Source of the DNA: an uncultured Clostridia bacterium
GTDB taxonomy: Bacteria; Bacillota; Clostridia; TANB77; CAG-508
Reading direction: 5' to 3'
Assembly (NCBI GenBank): GCA_934167755.1
Contig: CAKPLT010000005.1
Span: 19,937 to 83,936 of the forward strand
DNA length: 64,000 nucleotides
Below, in pieces: positions 18,432-27,370 of the stretch (the first letter of the stretch is position 1; each line of letters opens with the position of its first letter). The notes beneath the pieces are model-generated. The model had not been told where the DNA came from and did not search any database. It saw nothing but the letters and a program-made list of their open reading frames with translations. A program made the position numbers and the translations under genes.

Positions 18432-19721
18432 TTACCTAATTTTTGATTCATTTAATTTTCTGGTCTCCTCAAAATTTATATCTTTTCTTCTATACACTGA
18501 TAAAATAACAGCAAAAGTGAAGCAATTTATCCAAAAGTACAAACTTCCTTCTGCTACAAAAGGTAAATTAACATCTGATCTTATCCATAGTTTTAAATTC
18601 ATAAGAATATGTATAACAGATTGCATTATATAAGTAGTTCCTAGTCCAATAATTAAATATTTCCCATAGATATCATTGACCTTTTTAGAATTTTTAACAA
18701 TTCTTACACACATAAATATTATTACCACAGCTAAAATAGTAGCTGGTATTACTCCAAATTTTCCAAGTATGTATAAAAATCTAAAATGACTAGAATCTGT
18801 TTCATTAAGTTCTTCTTGCTCATTAGTAGTACCAACACATTTCAAATTACTCAAAATTTTATTTTCATGTTCTTGTGTGTTTTTGTACCAATATCCATTT
18901 GGAGCATAATTTTCTTCTGTCGTATCTCCATTAAAAATATATGCAATATGTATATTTGTCATTAGTAACATTACTATTACTGAAGTGATTAATGTTCCTC
19001 CATAAATTGCAATTACTTTTTTTAGTTTCTCTTTATTACCTTGCAGCATTTTTAAAGCAATAATTGTTAAATATGAGAATACTAATATTAAAGTATTTGT
19101 TATAGAATTAGATTGCATATATATCAATACACACGAAATAGTATAAAGGACTACTATATCCCAAAAGTCTTCTTTTTTGTAATCTGCTATATATCCTGCA
19201 AATGCAATAATGTATAGTGGAATACAAACATTCCATAATCTCATATTAACAAATTGTATTTTATCTATATCAAATCCAAAGTACCAATTAGTCCACTGGA
19301 AAATCAATATCATACTCGATATGAAATATATTAAATTAGCACATTTCTTTATTTTCCTATAATCAAAGAAATATATAATACTTCCACATATAAGCCCTAC
19401 AATTAAATATTTTACATTTATATAATTATTTGTACTATTTACTGATAAAATAATTCTAAAACTAAATAATATAATAATTAGTCCCATTAACATCCAATCC
19501 ATTTTTGGTCTATGTATTTTATTTAATCTTTTGCCAATTTTCTTAGCATCTCCCATTTGTTTAACAGCCATCTCTTCTGCTTCATTTTCTGAATATCCTT
19601 TGCATAAATAATCTTTTTTTGCTTCTTCTATATGGCTCTCTAGCTCTTCTGTAATAGTTTTATTTGCTGGCTTATATTTTATTTCTTTAGAAACTTTATT
19701 TAAAAATTCTTTAGTATTCAA
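18432..19721 (-). CDS. multi-pass membrane protein with an N-terminal 'permease prefix'/DUF1700-like cytoplasmic domain (PadR-associated)
   Basis: The N-terminus ...ELESHIEEAKKDYLCKGYSENEAEEMAVKQMGDAKKIG is typical of proteins encoded after PadR genes, followed by ~10 hydrophobic segments. The start is re-called to TTG at 19721, with GGAGGTG 5 nt upstream. It overlaps the PadR stop. Confidence 0.6.
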   Translation of the reverse strand: MNTKEFLNKVSKEIKYKPANKTITEELESHIEEAKKDYLCKGYSENEAEEMAVKQMGDAKKIGKRLNKIHRPKMDWMLMGLIIILFSFRIILSVNSTNNYINVKYLIVGLICGSIIYFFDYRKIKKCANLIYFISSMILIFQWTNWYFGFDIDKIQFVNMRLWNVCIPLYIIAFAGYIADYKKEDFWDIVVLYTISCVLIYMQSNSITNTLILVFSYLTIIALKMLQGNKEKLKKVIAIYGGTLITSVIVMLLMTNIHIAYIFNGDTTEENYAPNGYWYKNTQEHENKILSNLKCVGTTNEQEELNETDSSHFRFLYILGKFGVIPATILAVVIIFMCVRIVKNSKKVNDIYGKYLIIGLGTTYIMQSVIHILMNLKLWIRSDVNLPFVAEGSLYFWINCFTFAVILSVYRRKDINFEETRKLNESKIR

Positions 19722-20049
19722 ATAAAACACCTCCAATAACCTTATTTACATTTGTACTAAATAATTGCCATTCTTCTTTTTTAGATTTTAAGTGTTTTTT
19801 GCCATCTTCTGTAATTGCATAATATTTTCTTTTTTTGCCAGCTACTTCATCCCAATATGATTTTATCAATCCTTTTTCTTCTAATTTGTGAAGTATTGGA
19901 TATAATGTGCCTTCTTGAAATTCAAATACATTTTCTGATTTTGCTTTAATTTTCTTTATCATCTCATATCCATACATATTTTCATTTTCTAAAACACTTA
20001 ATACAAGTAAATTTGTACTTCCTTTTAATAATTCCCTGTCAACTTTCAT
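19711..20049 (-). CDS. PadR family transcriptional regulator
   Basis: LKGSTNLLVLSVLENENMYGYEMIKKIK...GTLYPILHKLEEKGLI is the PadR winged-helix signature. The start moves to the ATG at 20049 (RBS aaggagtgattgtaATG). Confidence 0.88.
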   Translation of the reverse strand: MKVDRELLKGSTNLLVLSVLENENMYGYEMIKKIKAKSENVFEFQEGTLYPILHKLEEKGLIKSYWDEVAGKKRKYYAITEDGKKHLKSKKEEWQLFSTNVNKVIGGVLFEY

Positions 20050-20071
20050 TACAATCACTCCTTCATAATTT

Positions 20072-20131
20072 TATGCATCGTATTGCTATGTATGTTGTAT
20101 GCATTGTATAACAAGGTATGCTTTTTGTCAA
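20072..20131 (-). promoter_or_regulatory. PadR operon promoter (TTGACA-17-TACAAT) with two TATGCATYGTAT direct repeats
   Basis: The -35 reverse complement is at 20126-20131 and the -10 reverse complement at 20103-20108. The repeats at 20072-20083 and 20098-20109 overlap or follow the -10. Confidence 0.5.
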
Positions 20132-20149
20132 TATATTTTTGAAATTTTA

Positions 20150-20204
20150 AAAGAAGGTCCTAAATATAAACCTTTTATTAGGTTTATATTTTAAGATCTT
20201 CTTT
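20150..20204. repeat. Repeat family C, 'solo' hairpin (two arms, 8-nt loop)
   Basis: AAAGAAGGTCCTAAATATAAACC-ttttatta-GGTTTATATTTTAAGATCTTCTTT. The arms resemble the terminal inverted repeats at 22988/23135 and 44413/44608. Confidence 0.7.
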
Positions 20205-20283
20205 ATAAAATTTTTCTATTTTTTCACATTTTTTGGAGATTTATTAATGATTTTTTCACAAAAATTGGAGATTATTTAAAAAT

Positions 20284-22896
20284 CTATTCAGTTCTTAATG
20301 CTTCAACTGGATCACGTTTAGCAGCAAACTTAGCAGGAATCAAGCCAGCAATCATAGTCAATCCAACACTAATTGCAACTAATATAATTCCACCAGCCAC
20401 TGGAAGTTTAGCAATACCAGAAATATTAACTAAATGTTCAATCACAATATTAATTGGAATATCTATTAATAAAGTCACACCAATACCAATTAAACCAGCA
20501 ACCAAACCAACAAGCAATGTTTCTGCATTAAACACCCTTGAAACATCTTTCTTAGAAGCGCCTATACTACGCAAAATACCAATCTCTTTAGTTCTTTCAA
20601 GTACTGATATATATGTTATAATACCTATCATTATTGAAGAAACAACAAGTGATATTCCAACAAAAGCAATTAATACATAACTAATTACATTAATTATAGT
20701 TGAAACAGAACTCATCATAATTCCAATGAAATCTGTATAATTAATAACATTTTCTTCTTTACATTGTTCTGTTTGTTTATTATTATAATCTGTTATAATA
20801 TCTGCAATCTTATCTTTTGATTCAAAATCTTTAGGATATAAATTAATTGTTGATGGATTATCCAAATCTACAACTCCCAATTTGCTTAAATTATTATCAT
20901 AAGTTGCTGATGCATTATTAGAGTATGTTTGCATTAATTGAGCAAGTTCTGCTTCTGAAAGTGTTGCCATATAAGCTTTTTGTTCATCAGATAATTGTGT
21001 ATAATCAAATGTTGCATTTGTATTTTCAGGAAATTTTATGCCTGTAAATACATTTATCTCTGGATTAGTTTTTTGCTCTTCAACAATTTCTGCTTCATTA
21101 ACTTTGTTTATAACATATTCTTTTAATTCTTTATTATATCCTATTAGTCCTGCTGAAGATGAAGCAACAGTATTCTCATTTGGTTTAATAATTCCTACAA
21201 TTTGAATTTCTTCTGCACTGTTTACAATTTGTTTCATATATTCTTTATCATTTGTCATGTCTTGCCATACATTTCCAACTTTTTTAAAATAGTCTGTATT
21301 TAATAATACTTTAAATTTATAATTTAAAAGTTCATCATAGGAATAACTTTTTTTCTCATCATTTGTTTTTATTTCTTCTCCATTTTTCAATTTCTCCATT
21401 GCATTTCCAAGTTCTGAAACATCTTTTACTCCTAATGAATATAAAGTATAATCACTTACTTCGTTATTCTTATCTGCTATTAATACAACTTCATTATATT
21501 TTTCTGGCATTTTTCCCGCTAATACATCATATTGTGAATTTATTAAATCTTTATTATCAAGCATTTCTGTCCACACATCAGTTTCTGCCATTGCAATACC
21601 ACTATTGGAAGACATTATTGAACTTGATTGTTCTTGTGCTTTTACCATATCTCCAAATCCTATTTTTTCTAATACTGAACTTGGATTTACTTTATATGCA
21701 CTTCCATCTTCTTTTTCTTTGTAAATATTTAAATCTAAATTATATCCATATTGAATTGCATTTATATAATTTTTAATGTCACTGTCACCATTTTCAATAA
21801 ACTCTTTAAATTCTTTTAAATTATTAGTTTGAACCTTACTTGATAAAGTTTCTAACATATCTCCCATAATTGCTCTTGAATATATTTTGTCATTATCATG
21901 TTCTTCTCCATTATCTTTTCCCATCATTGCTTCCATCATACTTGACATATCAATAGATGATTCTTGAATTGTTATCGGATATGATGATAATGTATCTTCT
22001 TCTACTTTATTTATATATGATTGCATTCCATTTGATAATGAAAGAATTAATGCAATTCCTATTATTCCTATTGAACCAGCAAATGATGTTAAAAATGTTC
22101 TTCCTTTTTTAGTCATTAAATTATTTAAACTTAGATGTACTGCTGTTGCAAATTTCATTGATGCTTTTCCTGATTTTTCCTTTTTAGTTCTTGCTCTGTC
22201 TAAATCTTTCTTTGTTGCAGTATATGGATTTGAATCATCTGTAACTTTTCCATCTAATAATTTAATTATTCTTGATGAATATTTTTCTGCTAATTCTGGG
22301 TTGTGTGTTACCATTATTATTAACCTGTCTTTTGAAATATCCTTTAATATTTCCATTACTTGTTCACTTGTCTTAGAATCTAACGCTCCTGTTGGCTCAT
22401 CTGCAAGTAAAATATCTGGGTCATTTACCAATGCTCTTGCAATAGCAACTCTTTGCATTTGTCCACCTGACATTTGGTTTGGCTTTTTATTTATTTGGTC
22501 ACCTAATCCAACTTTTGTTAGTGCCTCTATTGCCCTCTTTTTTCTTTCTTCTTTCCCTACTCCTGATATTGTAAGTGCTAGTTCAACATTAGCTAATACT
22601 GTTTGATGTGGTATTAAATTGTAACTTTGAAATACAAATCCTACTGAATGATTTCTGTATGTATCCCAATCTTTGTCTTTAAATTGCTTAGTTGATTTTC
22701 CATTAATTACTAAATCTCCTGATGTATATCTATCAAGTCCCCCTATTATATTTAACATTGTGGTTTTTCCACATCCACTTTGCCCTAATATTGAAACAAA
22801 TTCACTTTCTCTAAATTCTAGGTCTATTCCTTTTAAGGCTTTTACTTCATTATCTCCTGAAAGATAATTTTTGGTTATTCCTTTTAATTGTAACAT
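20284..22896 (-). CDS. fused ABC transporter ATP-binding/permease protein (MacB/FtsX-type)
   Basis: Walker A GQSGCGKTT, signature MSGGQMQR and Walker B ILLADEPTGALD. The C-terminus has FtsX-like TMs. The start is probably the ATG at 22896 (the ORF-track start at 22902 is GTG). Confidence 0.85.
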   Translation of the reverse strand: MLQLKGITKNYLSGDNEVKALKGIDLEFRESEFVSILGQSGCGKTTMLNIIGGLDRYTSGDLVINGKSTKQFKDKDWDTYRNHSVGFVFQSYNLIPHQTVLANVELALTISGVGKEERKKRAIEALTKVGLGDQINKKPNQMSGGQMQRVAIARALVNDPDILLADEPTGALDSKTSEQVMEILKDISKDRLIIMVTHNPELAEKYSSRIIKLLDGKVTDDSNPYTATKKDLDRARTKKEKSGKASMKFATAVHLSLNNLMTKKGRTFLTSFAGSIGIIGIALILSLSNGMQSYINKVEEDTLSSYPITIQESSIDMSSMMEAMMGKDNGEEHDNDKIYSRAIMGDMLETLSSKVQTNNLKEFKEFIENGDSDIKNYINAIQYGYNLDLNIYKEKEDGSAYKVNPSSVLEKIGFGDMVKAQEQSSSIMSSNSGIAMAETDVWTEMLDNKDLINSQYDVLAGKMPEKYNEVVLIADKNNEVSDYTLYSLGVKDVSELGNAMEKLKNGEEIKTNDEKKSYSYDELLNYKFKVLLNTDYFKKVGNVWQDMTNDKEYMKQIVNSAEEIQIVGIIKPNENTVASSSAGLIGYNKELKEYVINKVNEAEIVEEQKTNPEINVFTGIKFPENTNATFDYTQLSDEQKAYMATLSEAELAQLMQTYSNNASATYDNNLSKLGVVDLDNPSTINLYPKDFESKDKIADIITDYNNKQTEQCKEENVINYTDFIGIMMSSVSTIINVISYVLIAFVGISLVVSSIMIGIITYISVLERTKEIGILRSIGASKKDVSRVFNAETLLVGLVAGLIGIGVTLLIDIPINIVIEHLVNISGIAKLPVAGGIILVAISVGLTMIAGLIPAKFAAKRDPVEALRTE

Positions 22897-22987
22897 TTTC
22901 ACTTTCCTTTCTATTTCAAATATTATTATCTTACTATGTAATTGTGAATTTTATGTGAAAAATTTCAATTAAATAAATTTTGTATCT

Positions 22988-23135
22988 AAAGAAGGGATTA
23001 TATATAAATATTTGATAAACCGCGCCAGCGACCAAATGAGCAAAGCGAATGCGATATGGAGCAATCTACAAATTTTTATAATCTGTCGGTTGCGACAGTA
23101 AGGTTTTCAAAATATTTATATATAATCCCTTCTTT
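22988..23135. repeat. Repeat family C, MITE-like copy: 26-27-bp perfect terminal inverted repeats around a ~93-nt GC-richer core
   Basis: AAAGAAGGGATTATATATAAATATTTG (22988-23014) pairs with CAAAATATTTATATATAATCCCTTCTTT (23108-23135). The core contains CGAATGCGATATGGAGCAAT and the hairpin CTGTCGgttgCGACAG. TA dinucleotides flank both ends. Confidence 0.75.
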
Positions 23136-23143
23136 AAGTTAAA

Positions 23144-25087
23144 CTATTTTATTACTTTTTCATCAATTTCTTTTTTTACTTTTTCAGTAAATTCCTCAAA
23201 TTTCATTTGTCCAATATCTCCATCTTTTCTAGAGCGAACTGCAACAAGATTTCCTTCTTGTTCTTTTGCTCCAAGTACTAGCATATATGGAACTTTTTCA
23301 AGTTGAGCTTTTCTAATTTTATATCCTATCTTTTCGTTAGATTCATCTAATTCAACTCTAACTTTATGTTTTTTCAATTCAGTTTCAACTTGTTTTGCAT
23401 ATTCAACTTGATTATCTGTAATAGATAATATTTTTACTTGTACAGGTGATAGCCATACAGGGAATAATCCTTTTGTTTCTTCAATTAAGAATGATATAAA
23501 CCTATCAGAAGAACCAAGAATAGCTCTGTGGATTACTACTGGTCTATGTTCTTTGTTGTCTTCACCTATAAAGTTTAAATCAAATCTTTCTGGTAATGCA
23601 AAATCTAATTGACAAGTTGGAATTGTTATATCATGATTTAATGCCGTTTTTATTTGAATATCTATTTTGGGTCCATAAAATGCTGCTTCTCCTTCTGCCT
23701 CGTAAAAATCAATATTCATATCTTTTAATATTGCTCTTAATTGTGCTTCAGCTGTTTCCCACATTTCATCATTATCTATATATTTTTCTTTATTGTTTTT
23801 ATCTCTTAATGATAATCTGTATTTAAATGAATCAGCAGAAAATCCGAAGTCTTTTTGATATACTTCTTTAATTAATTTCAATACATTTCCTACTTCTTCT
23901 TTTATTTGGTCTGGTCTAACAAATAAATGTGCATCATTTTGACACATTTGTCTTACTCTTTCTAGTCCACAAACAGCTCCACTATTTTCATATCTAAAGT
24001 CATTTGCAAGTTCACCAATTCTAATTGGTAAATCTCTATAAGAACGAGTTTTGCTCTTATATATTAACATATGGTGTGGACAGTTCATTGGTCTTAATAC
24101 CATTTCTTCATTATCCATTTTCATAGCTGGAAACATATCATCTTTGTAATGATCCCAATGTCCACTTGTCTTATATAATTCTACATTTGCAAGGCATGGT
24201 GTATATACATGATCATATCCTAATTCAATTTCTTTGTCTTGAATATATCTTTCTAATGTTCTTCTTATTGTAGCTCCATGTGGTAAATACATTGGAAGTC
24301 CAGAACCTACTAATTCATGTGTCATAAATAATTCAAGTTCTTTTCCTATTTTTCTATGATCTCTTTCTTTAGCTTCTTCTAATAGTTTTAAATATTCTTC
24401 TAATTGACTTGCTTTTGGATATGAAATACCATAAATTCTTTGAAGCATTTTATTTTTTTCATCACCTCTCCAATAAGCACCTGATGTAGATAATAGTTTT
24501 ACTGCTTTTACTTTTCCTGTACTCATTAAGTGAGGTCCTGCACATAAATCAACATATTCTCCTTGTTTATAGAATGAAATTACTTCTCCTTCTGGTAAAT
24601 CTTCTATAAGTTCTACTTTATATCCTTCATTTGCTTCTTTCATTAATTTAATAGCTTCATTTCTTGGAAGTTCAAATCTTTCAATTGCTAAGTCTTCTTT
24701 TATTATTTTCTTCATTTCTTGTTCGATTTTTTCAAAGTCTTCTTCTGAAAATCTATGTTCTGTGTCAAAATCATAATAAAATCCATTTGCTATTGCTGGT
24801 CCTATTGCTAATTGTACATTAGGAAATAATCTTTTTATAGATTGTGCCATTATATGTGCTGTTGTATGCCAATATGCTTTCTTTCCTTCTTCACTATTTT
24901 CAAATGTACATATGTTTAATGAACAATCTTCTTTTAATTCATATCTTAAGTCTTCAACTTTTTCATTAACTTCACCACAAGTTGCCATTCTTGCTAATCC
25001 TTCACTTATTTGTTTAGCTACTTCTAATATTGTTTTTCCTTTTTCTACTTCTAAAACTTTTCCATCTTTTAATGTTACTTTTATCAT
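23144..25087 (-). CDS. thrS: threonine--tRNA ligase
   Basis: 647 aa with an N-terminal TGS-like domain (MIKVTLKDGK...), HRKIGKELELF and class II motifs. RBS: ataagggaggaatttaaaATG. Confidence 0.96.
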   Translation of the reverse strand: MIKVTLKDGKVLEVEKGKTILEVAKQISEGLARMATCGEVNEKVEDLRYELKEDCSLNICTFENSEEGKKAYWHTTAHIMAQSIKRLFPNVQLAIGPAIANGFYYDFDTEHRFSEEDFEKIEQEMKKIIKEDLAIERFELPRNEAIKLMKEANEGYKVELIEDLPEGEVISFYKQGEYVDLCAGPHLMSTGKVKAVKLLSTSGAYWRGDEKNKMLQRIYGISYPKASQLEEYLKLLEEAKERDHRKIGKELELFMTHELVGSGLPMYLPHGATIRRTLERYIQDKEIELGYDHVYTPCLANVELYKTSGHWDHYKDDMFPAMKMDNEEMVLRPMNCPHHMLIYKSKTRSYRDLPIRIGELANDFRYENSGAVCGLERVRQMCQNDAHLFVRPDQIKEEVGNVLKLIKEVYQKDFGFSADSFKYRLSLRDKNNKEKYIDNDEMWETAEAQLRAILKDMNIDFYEAEGEAAFYGPKIDIQIKTALNHDITIPTCQLDFALPERFDLNFIGEDNKEHRPVVIHRAILGSSDRFISFLIEETKGLFPVWLSPVQVKILSITDNQVEYAKQVETELKKHKVRVELDESNEKIGYKIRKAQLEKVPYMLVLGAKEQEGNLVAVRSRKDGDIGQMKFEEFTEKVKKEIDEKVIK

Positions 25088-25128
25088 TTTAAATTCCTCC
25101 CTTATTTATAAGAATGTTTCCTATTAAA

Positions 25129-25267
25129 GAACAAGTAAGAAAAATTGAAAATTTTTCTTTGATTTGTTCTCGCCCGATTTGAGTTTTCGACTATAAGGAG
25201 AAAATCTCAAAGGGCTAGCGGTTGTTGCTTTTTATATGCCAGAAAAGTTATACTTTCCTGGTATATA
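25129..25267. repeat. Repeat family B, copy 2 (core 25129-25223 plus side module 25233-25267), inside the thrS leader
   Basis: GAACAAGTAAGAAAAATTGAAAATTTTTCTTTGATTTGTTC (hairpin 1). CCCGATTTGAGTTTT...AAAATCTCAAAGGG (hairpin 2). CCAGAAAAGTTATACTTTCCTGG (module). Confidence 0.8.
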
Positions 25268-25271
25268 AAAA

Positions 25272-25470
25272 CTCCCATAAGTATTTCTACTTATAGGAGT
25301 GATTATTACACGGTTCCATCCCAATATTTTACTTAATTTGATTTTAACGCTTCTTACGCGTCTAGCTTATTCACTAGAAACTTAAAGAGTTAGTTTTTCA
25401 AATATGTTTTCTTAAATTAGCTCTCAACCTCTGACTAATTTTCTCTGTTAGAAACCTCTATTTTACTTTT
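25272..25470 (-). promoter_or_regulatory. T-box leader (thrS)
   Basis: The minus strand carries the T-box sequence TTGGGATGGAACCGTG (reverse complement of 25309-25324), an AGAGA box, and the terminator CTCCTATAAGtagaaataCTTATGGGAG followed by TTTTTAT (25272-25299). Confidence 0.8.
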
Positions 25471-25474
25471 TCTC

Positions 25475-25831
25475 TTATATGTTTTTATATTCTCTTATTT
25501 TTTTGTATGCATAAACAGCTGTAATTCCTAAAATTGTTACTGCAACTACCATCATAGTGTTTTCTGGTGCTCCTGCTTTTGGTAAGTTTGTACTGTAATT
25601 ATTAGTATTTGGATTAGTATTAGTATTTGGATTTGTGTTTGTATTTGGATTAGTATTTGTATTTGGATCATTACTATCTTCAGTATCTAATAATTCACTT
25701 TGATCTTCATAAAAATTAAGTTCTGAATCTGAATCATCTAAAGCAAATACTTTTGTTGACATTGCAAATAATACAGCTCCTATAATTAATATTATCATTG
25801 CTTTTAATATTTTTGTTCTCTTCATTTTCAT
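25475..25831 (-). CDS. small secreted cell-wall-anchor-type protein with (NTNTNP)n repeats and an LPKAG sorting-like motif
   Basis: Signal peptide MKMKRTKILKAMIILIIGAVLFAMS. The repeat block reads NTNTNPNTNTNPNTNTNPNTNN. The C-terminus has LPKAG, a hydrophobic helix and KKIREYKNI. Confidence 0.65.
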   Translation of the reverse strand: MKMKRTKILKAMIILIIGAVLFAMSTKVFALDDSDSELNFYEDQSELLDTEDSNDPNTNTNPNTNTNPNTNTNPNTNNYSTNLPKAGAPENTMMVVAVTILGITAVYAYKKIREYKNI

Positions 25832-25969
25832 ACCTCTTTCTTAATATTTTTTATCTATTGTATTTCTCTCTCTTTTATTTATACTACATTTTTTTTATAA
25901 TTGCAAGTTTTTTTGCGTATTTTTTTATTTTATTTTCGTTTTTATCATAAATTATGGAATTTTACTATT

Positions 25970-27061
25970 TTATACATTAAATTTAAATAATACTACATCT
26001 CCATCTTGCATTATATATTCCTTTCCTTCTTGGCGAACTAAACCTTTTTCTTTTGCAGCCACCATTGAACCTTCTCTTACTAAATCATTATATGAAACAA
26101 TCTCAGCCTTTATAAATCCTCTTTCTATATCAGAATGGATTTTTCCTGCTGCTTTTGGAGCTTTTGTTCCTTTTTTTATTGTCCAAGCTCTTACTTCTGG
26201 TTCTCCAGCTGTTAAGAATGACATTAAGCCCAATAAATCATAACTCTTTTTTATTAGTTTATCTAAGCCTGATTCTTCTAATCCTAATGCTTCTAGCATT
26301 TCTTTTTTATCTTGTTCTTCTAGTCCTGATAGTTCTTCTTCAATTTTTACACATAGCGGTATTACTTCTGCATTTTCTTTTGAAGCATATTCTTTTACCT
26401 GTTTTACCATTTCTTCATTATCTGCATCTTGTATTTGTTCTTCTGATATATTTGCAATATAAATTATTGGCTTTGCTGTTAATAAATACATATCTTTTAG
26501 CATTTCTTGTTCATCTTCATTATATTCCAAAGCTCTAGCAGGAATACCTTTTTCTAAATTTGATTTTATTTTTTCTATTAAATCAATTTCTGTTTGATAT
26601 TTTTTATCTGCCTTTAAACTTTTTTTTGCTTTATCTAATCTTTTTGTTAGTGTTTCCATATCTGCAAATATTAATTCAAGATTTATTGTTTCAATATCTC
26701 TTAATGGATTAACACTTCCATCTACATGTATTACATTTGAATCCTCAAAACATCTTACTACTTGGCATATTGCATCAACTTCGCGAATATGTGATAAGAA
26801 TTTATTTCCAAGACCTTCTCCTTTACTTGCTCCTTTTACAAGTCCAGCAATATCTACAAATTCTACAACAGCTTTTGTTACTTTTTGTGGCTTGTACATT
26901 TCTGCTAATTTATCTATTCTTTCATCTGGAACAGCTACAACTCCTACATTTGGTTCTATTGTACAAAATGGATAGTTTGCACATTCTGCTCCTGCTTTTG
27001 TTATACTGTTAAACATTGTACTTTTTCCTACATTTGGTAATCCTACTATTCCTATTTTCAC
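25970..27061 (-). CDS. ychF: redox-regulated ATPase YchF
   Basis: GIVGLPNVGKST P-loop, 363 aa, with a C-terminal TGS-like end (DGDVVLFKFNV). GTG start. Confidence 0.95.
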   Translation of the reverse strand: MKIGIVGLPNVGKSTMFNSITKAGAECANYPFCTIEPNVGVVAVPDERIDKLAEMYKPQKVTKAVVEFVDIAGLVKGASKGEGLGNKFLSHIREVDAICQVVRCFEDSNVIHVDGSVNPLRDIETINLELIFADMETLTKRLDKAKKSLKADKKYQTEIDLIEKIKSNLEKGIPARALEYNEDEQEMLKDMYLLTAKPIIYIANISEEQIQDADNEEMVKQVKEYASKENAEVIPLCVKIEEELSGLEEQDKKEMLEALGLEESGLDKLIKKSYDLLGLMSFLTAGEPEVRAWTIKKGTKAPKAAGKIHSDIERGFIKAEIVSYNDLVREGSMVAAKEKGLVRQEGKEYIMQDGDVVLFKFNV

Positions 27062-27206
27062 TTTTATCTCATTCCTTCCTTTTTCTCATAATGTATATTA
27101 TAACAGATATTTGTATTTTATTAAATAGTTTTTTGAATTTTTTATTATTTATATGAAATCATAAAATTTAATTTTTCCCAAATATACTTAATACTATTTA
27201 TAATAA

Positions 27207-27312
27207 GCAAAAAAATATCATTTTAAAGTTTAACAAGGTGTTTAAAATTTGGTGCAAGCAAATTTTAAATAGCAGAGCGTCCGCAGTTAAACGATAAAAT
27301 AATATTTTTTGC
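27207..27312 (+). repeat. Repeat family A, copy 2
   Basis: GCAAAAAAATATCATTTTAAAGTTTAACAAGGTG..TTTAAAATTTG-gtgcaag-CAAATTTTAAA..TAGCAGAGCGTCCGCAGTTAAACGATAAAATAATATTTTTTGC. Confidence 0.85.
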
Positions 27313-27370
27313 TTATATACTCTACAAAATAATGATTTAGTTCAAATAATACAAAGAAAGATTTAAAATA

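Noticed and set aside
22988-23135. 21-codon ORFs inside the family C cores (MSKANAIWSNLQIFIICRLRQ at ~23034, and MTNVHGEILEILMQFYGKSSR at ~44449).
   Set aside because: The peptides are unrelated because the nucleotide similarity is in different frames. Neither has an RBS. Conservation is at the nucleotide level.
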